Below are positions 18,078 to 26,303 of a DNA stretch of 48,202 bases, one piece after another. The translations under genes were made by a program, and so were the position numbers. The notes beneath the pieces are model-generated. The model made no database searches, had not been told where the DNA came from, and saw only the letters and a program-made list of their open reading frames with translations. Position 1 is the first letter of the stretch; each line of letters opens with the position of its first letter. The stretch lies in contig JBGAIN010000044.1 of the NCBI GenBank assembly GCA_044225505.1, forward strand, positions 1 through 48,202, written 5' to 3'. Source of the stretch: Limisphaerales bacterium. Its GTDB lineage: Bacteria; Verrucomicrobiota; Verrucomicrobiia; Limisphaerales; SIBE01.

Positions 18078-19064
18078 CTAAGCGGAAAGCTCCACCGTCT
18101 GATGGGTGCGAGCAGATTCTAGCGCGGCTTCCAAAACGCGAACCGCCTCGCCGCCCGCCTGAGCATCAGCCAGCGGGGGTTGTCGGGTTTGGATCGAAGC
18201 CACGAACGCTCTCAGCTCAGCCTGGAGCGGTTCTTCAGGAGGAAATTCCAGCTGGCGCACATCACCTTCCACTGCCTTTACATCCCCTCCAGCCGGGAGA
18301 TGCTGGTTGCGATAGGTTTTAATCTTGTATTGTGCAACGTTAAAGTCGCACACGGCACTGAGTTGATCGCCGATGACCGTGATTTCCCGGAATTTCCCAG
18401 GCGTGTGGTAGCCCGTCTCAACCGTTGCCCAAACCGGGCCGCCTTTGCTCGGGTATTCCAGCACCAGAAGAGATTCATCATCCATACCTCTTCCCATGAA
18501 ATCATTCAGATGCGCTGTCACACGTTGTGGCGTCTGGCCGAGGAAATAGTTGAACAGATCTACGAAATGGATGGCGTCAGCGAACGTCACTCCCGAGTCG
18601 TTCCGCGGCCGTTTGAACCCGCTGAAATTCCCTCGAAGGATTTTGATCCGGCCAAATTGTCCTTCCTGAATGGCGGCGCGGAACCATTGCGAGGCGGGGT
18701 CAAATCGGAAAATATGGCCGACTTGGAGGATGCGCTGTTTCTCCCGGGCCATCTGCGCCAAGGCTTCGGCGTGTTTGGCTTCCAAGGTGATCGGTTTTTC
18801 AACAAACACATCTTTCCCGGCTTCCATGACCTCGCGGCAGAGCTCGAAATGCGACGGGGCGGGCGTCACGACGACAGCACCGTCCACCTTTGGCAGGAAA
18901 TCTCGGTAATTGGTGGAAAGGTGTTGGTCGTCCACTCCAGCGCTCCGGGCGGAATCCAGGCGTTTAGCGTCAAGCTCCGCGACGAAAAGTTCGATCGGCA
19001 ACGCTTTTAAGACTCGCAAATGGTTAGCGCCCCAACGGCCTATTCCTAGCAACAGAATCTTCAT
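18078..19064 (-). CDS. Gfo/Idh/MocA family NAD-dependent oxidoreductase
   Basis: GIGRWG Rossmann motif, VEKP, VGHIFRFDP, DAIHFVD. Confidence 0.92.
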   Translation of the reverse strand: MKILLLGIGRWGANHLRVLKALPIELFVAELDAKRLDSARSAGVDDQHLSTNYRDFLPKVDGAVVVTPAPSHFELCREVMEAGKDVFVEKPITLEAKHAEALAQMAREKQRILQVGHIFRFDPASQWFRAAIQEGQFGRIKILRGNFSGFKRPRNDSGVTFADAIHFVDLFNYFLGQTPQRVTAHLNDFMGRGMDDESLLVLEYPSKGGPVWATVETGYHTPGKFREITVIGDQLSAVCDFNVAQYKIKTYRNQHLPAGGDVKAVEGDVRQLEFPPEEPLQAELRAFVASIQTRQPPLADAQAGGEAVRVLEAALESARTHQTVELSA

Positions 19065-19204
19065 CTATGCGATTCGGCGATCGCCTGGCAAATTTGGCAG
19101 CCGACGAGCGCCGTTTATGATCGTCCAGCTTGCGCAGAATGATCCTCTTCGACAAGTCCTTTTACAGCTCCCTGCGGGTGCTCCCTTCGTTCACGACCGC
19201 TTCA

Positions 19205-19281
19205 GAACAGGATGAGACCCCTATGAGAACAGGATCGTGATCCTGGTCTCATAGGGGTCTCATCCTGTTCTCATAGGGTTC
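19205..19281. repeat. Dyad-symmetric array of 11-bp units (array A)
   Basis: GAACAGGATGA/GACCCCTATGA/GAACAGGATCG | TGATCCTGGTC/TCATAGGGGTC/TCATCCTGTTC/TCATAGGGTTC. Arms 19204-19236 and 19239-19271 differ by 1 mismatch. Confidence 0.9.
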
Positions 19282-19292
19282 TGATCGAATCC

Positions 19293-19378
19293 ATCCCGCT
19301 GAAACCCCGCTCAAATCCCAGTCCTATCCCACTCGTAAAGGGGGTATCACTGGGATTGGAGCGGGCTTTCATTGGGAT
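19293..19378. repeat. Dyad-symmetric array of 11-bp units (array B)
   Basis: ATCCCGCTGAA/ACCCCGCTCAA/ATCCCAGTCCT/ATCCCACTCGT, then inverted GTAAAGGGGGT/ATCACTGGGAT/TGGAGCGGGCT/TTCATTGGGAT. Confidence 0.8.
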
Positions 19379-19686
19379 CACTGATAGAGAATGCTGCGGT
19401 TCGTCTTCGACATTACCGCGCTCCGATTCGGGAGGAGTGCTCATTTACGGACCGCGGCTTTGTGCGAAGCACCAGACGCAGGATTCGGGAATTCGTAACG
19501 TATTCATCTGCGCTCGCTTCGGTCCATAAATCCTGCCGCTGGAGACATTTTGTCACCTGCGACAGAGGCATTGGGGCCGGTCCGTTCCCAAACCGTGCGT
19601 CAATTGCCCGGTTTGTTGCACATTCCGTCCACAGATTGGGGACAAACCCGCTCGTCCCGCCGCCCTATTGCTGGTTCTTTCACCAA

Positions 19687-19763
19687 AGACGGCCTCCAGA
19701 CTGCCTGCAAACAGCTTGCTCACAGCTTCGCGACGCTGTGACCACGCTGTCAGGAAGCCGTCA
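19687..19763. repeat. Dyad-symmetric array of 11-bp units (array C)
   Basis: AGACGGCCTCC/AGACTGCCTGC/AAACAGCTTGC/TCACAGCTTCG | CGACGCTGTGA/CCACGCTGTCA/GGAAGCCGTCA. Confidence 0.7.
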
Positions 19764-19834
19764 GCCCTGAATGACCGCGCAATCAGGCAAAAGACGACCC
19801 ATCCGAAACCGGCTGCCTTTGCGGGCGTCCAATG

Positions 19835-19945
19835 CCAAAGATCCAGAAGGCTGGAGCATTTCCAAGACGCTGGCGCGCAGGGACTAGTCCACTATGCTTC
19901 GCCAGATCTTGGAGTGCGGCGGCCTTCCAGCCTACCGCCGCTTTT
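19835..19945. repeat. Inverted pair of GGAG-type REP-like hairpins (BIME-like doublet)
   Basis: TTGGAGT-GCGGCGG...CCGCCGC-TTT at ~19909-19945, facing a degenerate copy on the other strand (TTGGAAATGCTCCAGCCTTCTGGATCTTT). Inner TCCAAGACGCTGGCG / CGCCAGATCTTGGA arms pair imperfectly. Confidence 0.65.
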
Positions 19946-20176
19946 CCGGAGATCCGCCGGGATCGAACACCACCTTTACCGACCTGCGCGGTTAAGCACC
20001 CCGGGCTCTGGCACTTTGGCCCGAACGAATCAACGCTCACCGCCGGTCGAATGTCTCACACTCAGAGACAATTTGTCGGCAATGTGTGCGACATTTCATG
20101 GGGAGTATCCGGACGCGATCAAGCACCATGCGCAATGCGGGACGGAGAGTCCGAAGATGCGGCAACTGCTGCTTAC

Positions 20177-20458
20177 CTAGTGTGGTGACCGCTAAGTCCT
20201 TGCACTTTCGCGGCGAGGGTTTTTGCGCGCCCGCAAGGCGCGAGCGAGGTGCAGACCCGTGCCGACAGGTCGGGATAACGAGCGAGGAACGCGGCGGGCG
20301 CGCGAAAGAACCGCCGCCCAAAGGGTTGCGCTGAAAATGGGTCCTGGCTTCGTTGCTCCTCGGTCAGAGAGCGCGGCGGCTATCCTCCGTCGTCGCGCCT
20401 CGCCAGGACCCATTTTGAGCGCAACGAAAGTATAAGGACTTAGCGGTCACCACACTAG
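20177..20458. mobile_element. MITE (282 bp, non-autonomous)
   Basis: 34-bp terminal inverted repeats CTAGTGTGGTGACCGCTAAGTCCTT(GC/AT)ACTTTCG at 20177-20210 and 20425-20458, 2 mismatches. CTAG/TA at both ends. Internal 24-bp inverted repeat (20325-20348/20402-20425). No transposase. Confidence 0.82.
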
Positions 20459-20506
20459 CTCGCTGAATCGCCGTAGAGGCCCCATGGGGGCTGATCTCAC
20501 TCACGT

Positions 20507-22675
20507 TCAATCAAGCCCTTTTTGAAACTGGAGCTCGTAGAGTCTCCGATAAAGGCCGTCTCGCTTCAAAAGCTCGGCGTGACGTCCGGTTTCAGCGATG
20601 CCCCCGTCTTGGAGCACGACGATCAGGTCCGCACTCTGGATCGTTGATAAGCGGTGGGCGATGCAGATGGTGGTGCGATGTTGCATCAGCTCGTCGAGAG
20701 CCGCTTGGATTGCCCGTTCCGATTCCGTGTCCAAAGCGCTCGTCGCTTCGTCCAGGATGAGGATAGGTGCGTTCTTTAAAATCGCGCGAGCAATCGCCAA
20801 TCGTTGCCGCTGCCCGCCAGAGAGGGCGATGCCTCTTTCCCCAACCACGGTTTCGTACCCGTTGGGTTTATCGACGATGAAGTCATGGGCGTAAGCGTGA
20901 CCGGCCGCGGCCATGATTTCTTTCATCTCTGCACCCGGTCGGCCCAACGCGATATTCATGGCGATCGTATCATTGAAGAGCACAGTCTCCTGAGTCACGA
21001 TGGCGATCTGTCGGCGCAGATCGGCCAGTGCGACGTCGCGAATGTCAACACCGCCAATGGTGATGGCTCCAGCTTGCGGATCGTAAAAACGCAGCAGCAA
21101 ATTGGTCAGTGTCGTCTTGCCTGAACCGCTGCTGCCGACCAACGCGACCATCTGTCCCGCGCGGACCGTCAGATTGATGTTGGTTAAGGCTGCTTTCTCG
21201 CCGTAGGAGAAATTCACCTGTTTGAATTCAATATCAGCGTGTTCCGCGCGGAGCGGCTTTGGACGTGTGGCTTCCGGGATGTTGGTTTTCGTCGCTAAGA
21301 TATTGAACGCGTATTGCGTGGCGGCGTCAGCCTGCTGAAGTTGATTATGCAACCGGATCAGCGCTTTGATCGGTTGGTACATCAGGAAGATGCTGCCGAT
21401 AAATGCAATCAGTCCTCCAGGGGTCGTGCGCGAGAACAACGCGATATACGCGAAAAAGCAGGCCACCGCGACCGCGCCGAAAAACTCCATCAACGGTCCG
21501 GGGATCTCCATGGAGCGGAGGATGCGCATGTAGTGGCTGACCGCAGCCCGAGATGTTTTGTCAAACTCCTCTATGACTTTGCCTTCCAGATTATAGGCTT
21601 TGACGATACGGAAGCCGGTGAAACTCTCGTGCATCATGCGTCCCATATCGGCGTACTTTTGATAAATCGCGACCGACGACTTTCGGACCTTCCGCGCGTA
21701 AACCACAAAGGGAACGAGTGTCACGGGAAAAATGAGCAGGGCTACGACGGTGAGGCGCGGCTGTTGCCAGAGTAGGAAAGTGGTCAAACCCGCGAGCGTT
21801 ACGGGCTCTTTGATCAAGACGACCATGGCTTGGCTGATGGGTTGGTGCAGCCCGTTCACCTCCGTTAAACGACTCATCAATTCGCCGGTGCTGACTCGGT
21901 TGAAGAAGCTGGCCGAAAGATCCATCAGGTGCGTAAACAACCGAGCTCTCAAATCGGCCACCGCTCTGACCGAGACCCAGTTCATCAGATAAACGTTGAG
22001 ATACGTGAAAAGGCCCCGCAAAAGCATGGCCACGGGGATGCTCGAGATCACGAGCACGACCAGCCAGGGCGAACGGTCGGCGCTTAAGCGTTCGATGGAG
22101 GAACGCCACTGCTCGATGGTCGGTGCCAGGAATCTGGGCAATAGCCGGGTAGGTTCGGACTTGATCATCCCTGGGAAAGCCGCCTCGAGGAACTCTATAT
22201 TCAGATGAACTTGGTCTGCCCCGCGCAGCCCCCCGGGCTGCTCTACGGGTTGGGGCGCTACCCGATGAAGACCGGCAAAGGCAGGCTGCGCCGCTAGCGA
22301 CTCCTTACGAATGACGCGATTGAGCTCTTCAATGCAGGCGGTCTGCTGCTCTTGAGCGGTCGACCTCGGATCCCTGAGGACTTGCTGCGGTCCAGGCAGA
22401 AACTGATTCCAGAGGAAAGCGGCCGCGGGTGCATTGGTATCTTGAAGCGCCTGAATGAGCGCTGGCAAGTTCTGAATATCGGTTGCCGCAAGCAAGGACA
22501 AGCCCTGCAACCGTTCGACCAGTGTGGGCGCCCCGGGTTGCGGAAATACCACTTCAAACACCATCTTGATGCTCCCCATTAATAAGGGGTTGGTCAGACC
22601 GGCCATGAAACCACACAGGATCCCGAGGACCAATCGTGTGCGATACGGCTTCGTCAGCCGTAGCACCGTTCTCAT
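20507..22675 (-). CDS. msbA: MsbA-like lipid A-core flippase/ABC exporter with large periplasmic insertion
   Basis: TMD + NBD: GSSGSGKT, LSGGQRQRLAIARAILKNAPILILDEATSALDTESE, IAHRLSTI; adjacent to GT9. Start ATG 22675 (alternative 22693). Confidence 0.8.
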   Translation of the reverse strand: MRTVLRLTKPYRTRLVLGILCGFMAGLTNPLLMGSIKMVFEVVFPQPGAPTLVERLQGLSLLAATDIQNLPALIQALQDTNAPAAAFLWNQFLPGPQQVLRDPRSTAQEQQTACIEELNRVIRKESLAAQPAFAGLHRVAPQPVEQPGGLRGADQVHLNIEFLEAAFPGMIKSEPTRLLPRFLAPTIEQWRSSIERLSADRSPWLVVLVISSIPVAMLLRGLFTYLNVYLMNWVSVRAVADLRARLFTHLMDLSASFFNRVSTGELMSRLTEVNGLHQPISQAMVVLIKEPVTLAGLTTFLLWQQPRLTVVALLIFPVTLVPFVVYARKVRKSSVAIYQKYADMGRMMHESFTGFRIVKAYNLEGKVIEEFDKTSRAAVSHYMRILRSMEIPGPLMEFFGAVAVACFFAYIALFSRTTPGGLIAFIGSIFLMYQPIKALIRLHNQLQQADAATQYAFNILATKTNIPEATRPKPLRAEHADIEFKQVNFSYGEKAALTNINLTVRAGQMVALVGSSGSGKTTLTNLLLRFYDPQAGAITIGGVDIRDVALADLRRQIAIVTQETVLFNDTIAMNIALGRPGAEMKEIMAAAGHAYAHDFIVDKPNGYETVVGERGIALSGGQRQRLAIARAILKNAPILILDEATSALDTESERAIQAALDELMQHRTTICIAHRLSTIQSADLIVVLQDGGIAETGRHAELLKRDGLYRRLYELQFQKGLD

Positions 22676-22792
22676 GAACGCAACTAGACGCACAACAGGA
22701 AGTGTGAGCCAACCGCAAGTCCTGGCGAGGATTTTCCTGAGACATCAGCGGGCGGCGCTCGACGGAGCGTTCTACGCCGCGCACTCCCGACC

Positions 22793-23875
22793 TCAACGCT
22801 GCCCAGTCACCAGGTTGGGACAGAGCACCGCGATTTCCCGCCAGACCGCATCCGCTGAGACTTGATCCAAACAGACCGGTGTTCCCGTGGCCTGACAGGG
22901 TTGAACCCGTTGGTTAACGCATTGGCACGAGGCGACGATGGAGCGGTGGTCTTCGCCTTTCGGCATCCATTCGCCGATGCCCTCGTAATCTCGGAAGATC
23001 GAGACGGTCTTGACGCCGAGGACTGCGGCCAGATGCAGAGCGCCCGAATCCGCTCCAATATGCAACTGACAACGCCCAAGGAGCGCGGCTAGTTGCGCGA
23101 GACTAAGACTGCCGGCAAATGGCAACACGCGTGGGTTGCGCACGACTTCGAAGAAGCGCTCCAAGCGGGCCTGTTCGCGCGGTTGGCGGCTGCCTGAAAC
23201 GACCAGCGAGGGAAGGTTCGGACATTGTAACAGATGTTGGGTAAGTTCAATCCAGCGTTCGAGTGGCCATTCTTTGAGTCCATGGCCTGCATTGATGGAG
23301 AGATGGATCGCTCCTGGCGGAACAGACTGTTCCGCCCAGCGGAGGGCGACCCCGGGTAACTGAATAGGATAACGTAGGCGCCCAAGTTGCAAGCCACACG
23401 CCGCCAGGACTTGCCGACGCTGTTCAGCGACATGCACCGTTCGGTCCACTCGAGGGATCCAATAGGGAATAAGCCAGGGATTGTAGAAATGGCGCCGGCC
23501 TCCGGCAAAGGCGACGCGCCAACGCGCCCCCGAGGCGAACGTCAAAAAGACGGTTCGATCCGTCCCGCTGAAATTAAAAGCAACGTCAAAGTGCTCGTTC
23601 CGCACCTGGCGGATCCAGCGCCATTGTTCGCGCCAGGAAGCGCCTTGGGGGGTGCGTTGCAGAGGCCAGGTTCGATCCACGGGAGTAGCCATCTGGAGAA
23701 ACTCGCTCCCAATGGATGCCGAAGCGACGTGAAGTTCGGCGCGGGGATAGTTGTCCTCAATTTCGCATAAGGCTGGCAGTAAATGGATAGAATCGCCAAG
23801 GTATCCAAGGTCAACGACAATTATTTTGCGCGCGTTGCGGGTCTCATTGTAAAAGTTTGCCAGCTCGAACGGCAT
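22793..23875 (-). CDS. GT9 family (heptosyltransferase-like) glycosyltransferase
   Basis: LGYLGD, KEWP, SLAQLAALL, IGADSGALHLAA. Confidence 0.9.
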   Translation of the reverse strand: MPFELANFYNETRNARKIIVVDLGYLGDSIHLLPALCEIEDNYPRAELHVASASIGSEFLQMATPVDRTWPLQRTPQGASWREQWRWIRQVRNEHFDVAFNFSGTDRTVFLTFASGARWRVAFAGGRRHFYNPWLIPYWIPRVDRTVHVAEQRRQVLAACGLQLGRLRYPIQLPGVALRWAEQSVPPGAIHLSINAGHGLKEWPLERWIELTQHLLQCPNLPSLVVSGSRQPREQARLERFFEVVRNPRVLPFAGSLSLAQLAALLGRCQLHIGADSGALHLAAVLGVKTVSIFRDYEGIGEWMPKGEDHRSIVASCQCVNQRVQPCQATGTPVCLDQVSADAVWREIAVLCPNLVTGQR

Positions 23876-23910
23876 GAACGCCTGTTAGCACGAAGCCCGT
23901 CCGTCCGACC

Positions 23911-24687
23911 ATGAAAAAGTTACCAATTTCGGTTTGCATGATCTCAGGTGCGGAGGCGCACCGGATCGAGCGGGCCTTGCAGAGCGTTGCAGACTGGACG
24001 GCCGAGATCGTGATTGTGCTCAATGCGGACGTCCAGGACGAGACCGAGGCGATTGCCAAGCGCTACGGTGCGATCGTGGCCCGAGAAACGTGGAAAGGCT
24101 TTGTTGGACAAAAAAACTCCGCGGCCGATCGAGCAGCGCAGCCATGGATTCTGGGGCTTGACGCGGATGAAGTCGTCCCCTTGGCTTTACAAGAGGAAAT
24201 TGCTCGGACTGTCACCAGCTCGGCTCAGCCGCAAACGCACGGAGCCTTTAGCTTTCCACGCTGCACCTACTATTGCGGCCGCTGGATTCGGCACGGAGAC
24301 TGGTACCCAGACCGGGTGACTCGGCTCTGGCGCAAGTCGGCCGCCCGCTGGGCGGGTATCGAACCGCATGCCTATTTGGACGTCCAGGGAGTTACCGGGC
24401 GCTTACACAGCGACCTGCACCATTTTAGCAATGAAAGCATCGACCGGCAGATTGCCAAGATCGCGCCCTATAGCGATTCCTTTGTGCAGCACTGTTTACA
24501 GCATCAGCGCAACGCCGGGGTGCTCGACTTAGCCATTCGACCGTGGTGGCGGTTCCTGCGCGCCTACATCTTTAAGCGCGGGTTTCTCGACGGCTGGCCC
24601 GGCTACTATATCGCGTGGTTGAGTGCCTTCTCTACGGTTACCCGCTATGCGAAAGTGCGCGAGGTCCATCTCGCTTCTCGATCATGA
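23911..24687 (+). CDS. GT2 glycosyltransferase (WaaE/KdtX-like LPS core)
   Basis: W.GF..QKN.A, WILGLDADE, GDWYPD...RL, F.R.YI.K.GFLDG..G. Confidence 0.88.
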   Translation: MKKLPISVCMISGAEAHRIERALQSVADWTAEIVIVLNADVQDETEAIAKRYGAIVARETWKGFVGQKNSAADRAAQPWILGLDADEVVPLALQEEIARTVTSSAQPQTHGAFSFPRCTYYCGRWIRHGDWYPDRVTRLWRKSAARWAGIEPHAYLDVQGVTGRLHSDLHHFSNESIDRQIAKIAPYSDSFVQHCLQHQRNAGVLDLAIRPWWRFLRAYIFKRGFLDGWPGYYIAWLSAFSTVTRYAKVREVHLASRS

Positions 24688-25487
24688 GCTCGACGGTCAA
24701 CGTGGCGCTCATCGTCAATACCTACAATCAGCCGGAGTATCTCGCGCGGGTATTGGAAAGCGTTGCTCGGCAAACCCGACTGCCGAGCGAGGTCATTGTC
24801 GCGGACGATGGGTCGACCGACGAAACGCGTCAGGTCTTTGCACGACATGGAAACTCGCACCCTTTCCGCGCCTCCCACATCTGGCAAGCAAAGCAGGGAT
24901 TCCGCCGCTCGCGCATTTTGAATCGAAGCATTGCGGCCGCCTCGGCCAATTACCTTGTCTTCCTCGACGGCGATTCGATTCCACACCCGCGGTTTGTGGA
25001 AGATCACGAGCGCTTGGCTGCGAACGGGGCTTTTGTGCAGGGCCACCGCGCCTTGATCGAGCAACGCGCGGCGACCTACTTTGGGTTGGGCAATTTTGGC
25101 AAGGATCGGTGGCGGGCTTTAGTCCAGGGGCAGCTCCGCGGTTGGAAGCACGCCTACCGTTGGCCGAAACCGCTTTGTCGAAACCGAACGGATTTGCGAG
25201 GGGTTCGGGGGTGTAACCTCGCGATATGGCGGGACGACTTGGTGCGTGTCAACGGATATAACGAAGCGTTCGTTGGGTGGGGACGCGAGGATTCCGAGTT
25301 GAGCTTACGATTGATGAACAGCGGAGTCCGACGGATCGACGTGCGCGGCTGGGCCATTTGCTATCACCTATGGCATCCACCCGTGGCCCGCGATGGATTG
25401 GCGACCAACGATCGTCTCCTCAGCGACGCGATCGCGGCTTCTGCCAAGACCTGCGATTTGGGATTGTCCCAATACCTGACCTCTTAG
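24684..25487 (+). CDS. GT2 glycosyltransferase with GT7C-like C-terminus
   Basis: TYNQP, VADDGS, GFRRS..LN, FLDGD, GCNLA, VNGYNE.F.GWGRED, HLWH. ATGA overlap with the upstream gene. Confidence 0.9.
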   Translation: MSSTVNVALIVNTYNQPEYLARVLESVARQTRLPSEVIVADDGSTDETRQVFARHGNSHPFRASHIWQAKQGFRRSRILNRSIAAASANYLVFLDGDSIPHPRFVEDHERLAANGAFVQGHRALIEQRAATYFGLGNFGKDRWRALVQGQLRGWKHAYRWPKPLCRNRTDLRGVRGCNLAIWRDDLVRVNGYNEAFVGWGREDSELSLRLMNSGVRRIDVRGWAICYHLWHPPVARDGLATNDRLLSDAIAASAKTCDLGLSQYLTS

Positions 25488-26055
25488 GCCGGAACCGTTC
25501 AGGCGCGCGAATGCTTAGGCGATACAATCGTGAAGTTTCATTCGTGGTAACGTCACGAACGGTCCCAAGCCGGTTGGTTGCGAACGGAACCGGATGATTC
25601 GCCCAAGTTTTTAACGGGTTCCACGTTACGGGCGGATTGAGGCTATCCGTAAACTGAACTTCGTAAATCCGATTGGCGATCTGCGGGAATGAGACTTCGG
25701 CAAAACCTGCACCAACGCTAATCGCTGGATTGAAGGGCGGTTGCGGATCCAGCGGGCTGCTTCGCAGCAGGTACTCACAGCGATTGGCAGCGCCGTCATT
25801 GTCCGGGTCTGCGTCCGGTTGAGCCTCAGGTGCACGTCGTGCGCCGGGCGGAGTCGCGATGGCAACCGGCTTCTCAAACGTCACGCCGGGGAACGCTTCG
25901 GTAAGCTGAGATCGAACCTGGTTGACATCGAGATCCTTGGGCAACCGCAAGGATGTGGTGGCGACACGTTGGAGCGTCGCCTTCGGTAAAACTGCGTCTG
26001 CGTGACACTGCAACGTCACAATTCCGAGCGCGATCACTGGAAAGATCACCCTCAT
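25420..26055 (-). pseudogene. Internally deleted remnant of a secreted PQQ/glucose-sorbosone dehydrogenase-like protein with C-terminal DxDxDG and sorting-type domain
   Basis: Signal peptide + RVATTSLRLP...AFPGVTFEKPVAIATPPG (start of a GSDH propeller) joined directly to DADPDNDG..N..EY...P.D and a YEVQ...W...LYRL terminal domain. Expected stop is out of frame (CC-TGA at 25499-25503). Confidence 0.55.
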
Positions 26056-26303
26056 TCTACCGCCTGGATTGTGGAAACGCTCTACAGATCCGCCTTTCTG
26101 AAGCGTCTGTCCCTACCTAGAAATGCTCTCGAGAGCGGATCGACCTTGGATTGGCATGTCGTGTACAACTCGGCTGAATTGTACAGAACGCACCGCGGCA
26201 CGGATTGAATATCGGGGTGGGCATCAATGAAGCCCCGGGGATCTCTGACGCTGCTCGGGAGCGCCAGGTTGGTTGTGATGGCTTTCGCCGTGCGCGCTTG
26301 CGG

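Noticed and set aside
18180..19010. Long antisense ORFs (e.g. 276 aa here, 268 aa at 36273-37079)
   Set aside because: Shadows of well-supported genes on the opposite strand in GC-rich DNA.
19205..19378. CRISPR array or integron attC sites
   Set aside because: Units are 11 bp and contiguous with no unique spacers, no RYYYAAC/GTTRRRY ends, and no cas or intI genes.
19372..20435. ORFs of 63-170 aa in the repeat-rich spacer
   Set aside because: They run through REP, MITE and array sequences, are R/P/A/S-rich and show no recognisable motifs.
26162..26185. TGTACAA-N10-TTGTACA inverted repeat
   Set aside because: Single short instance with no second copy or assignable regulator.
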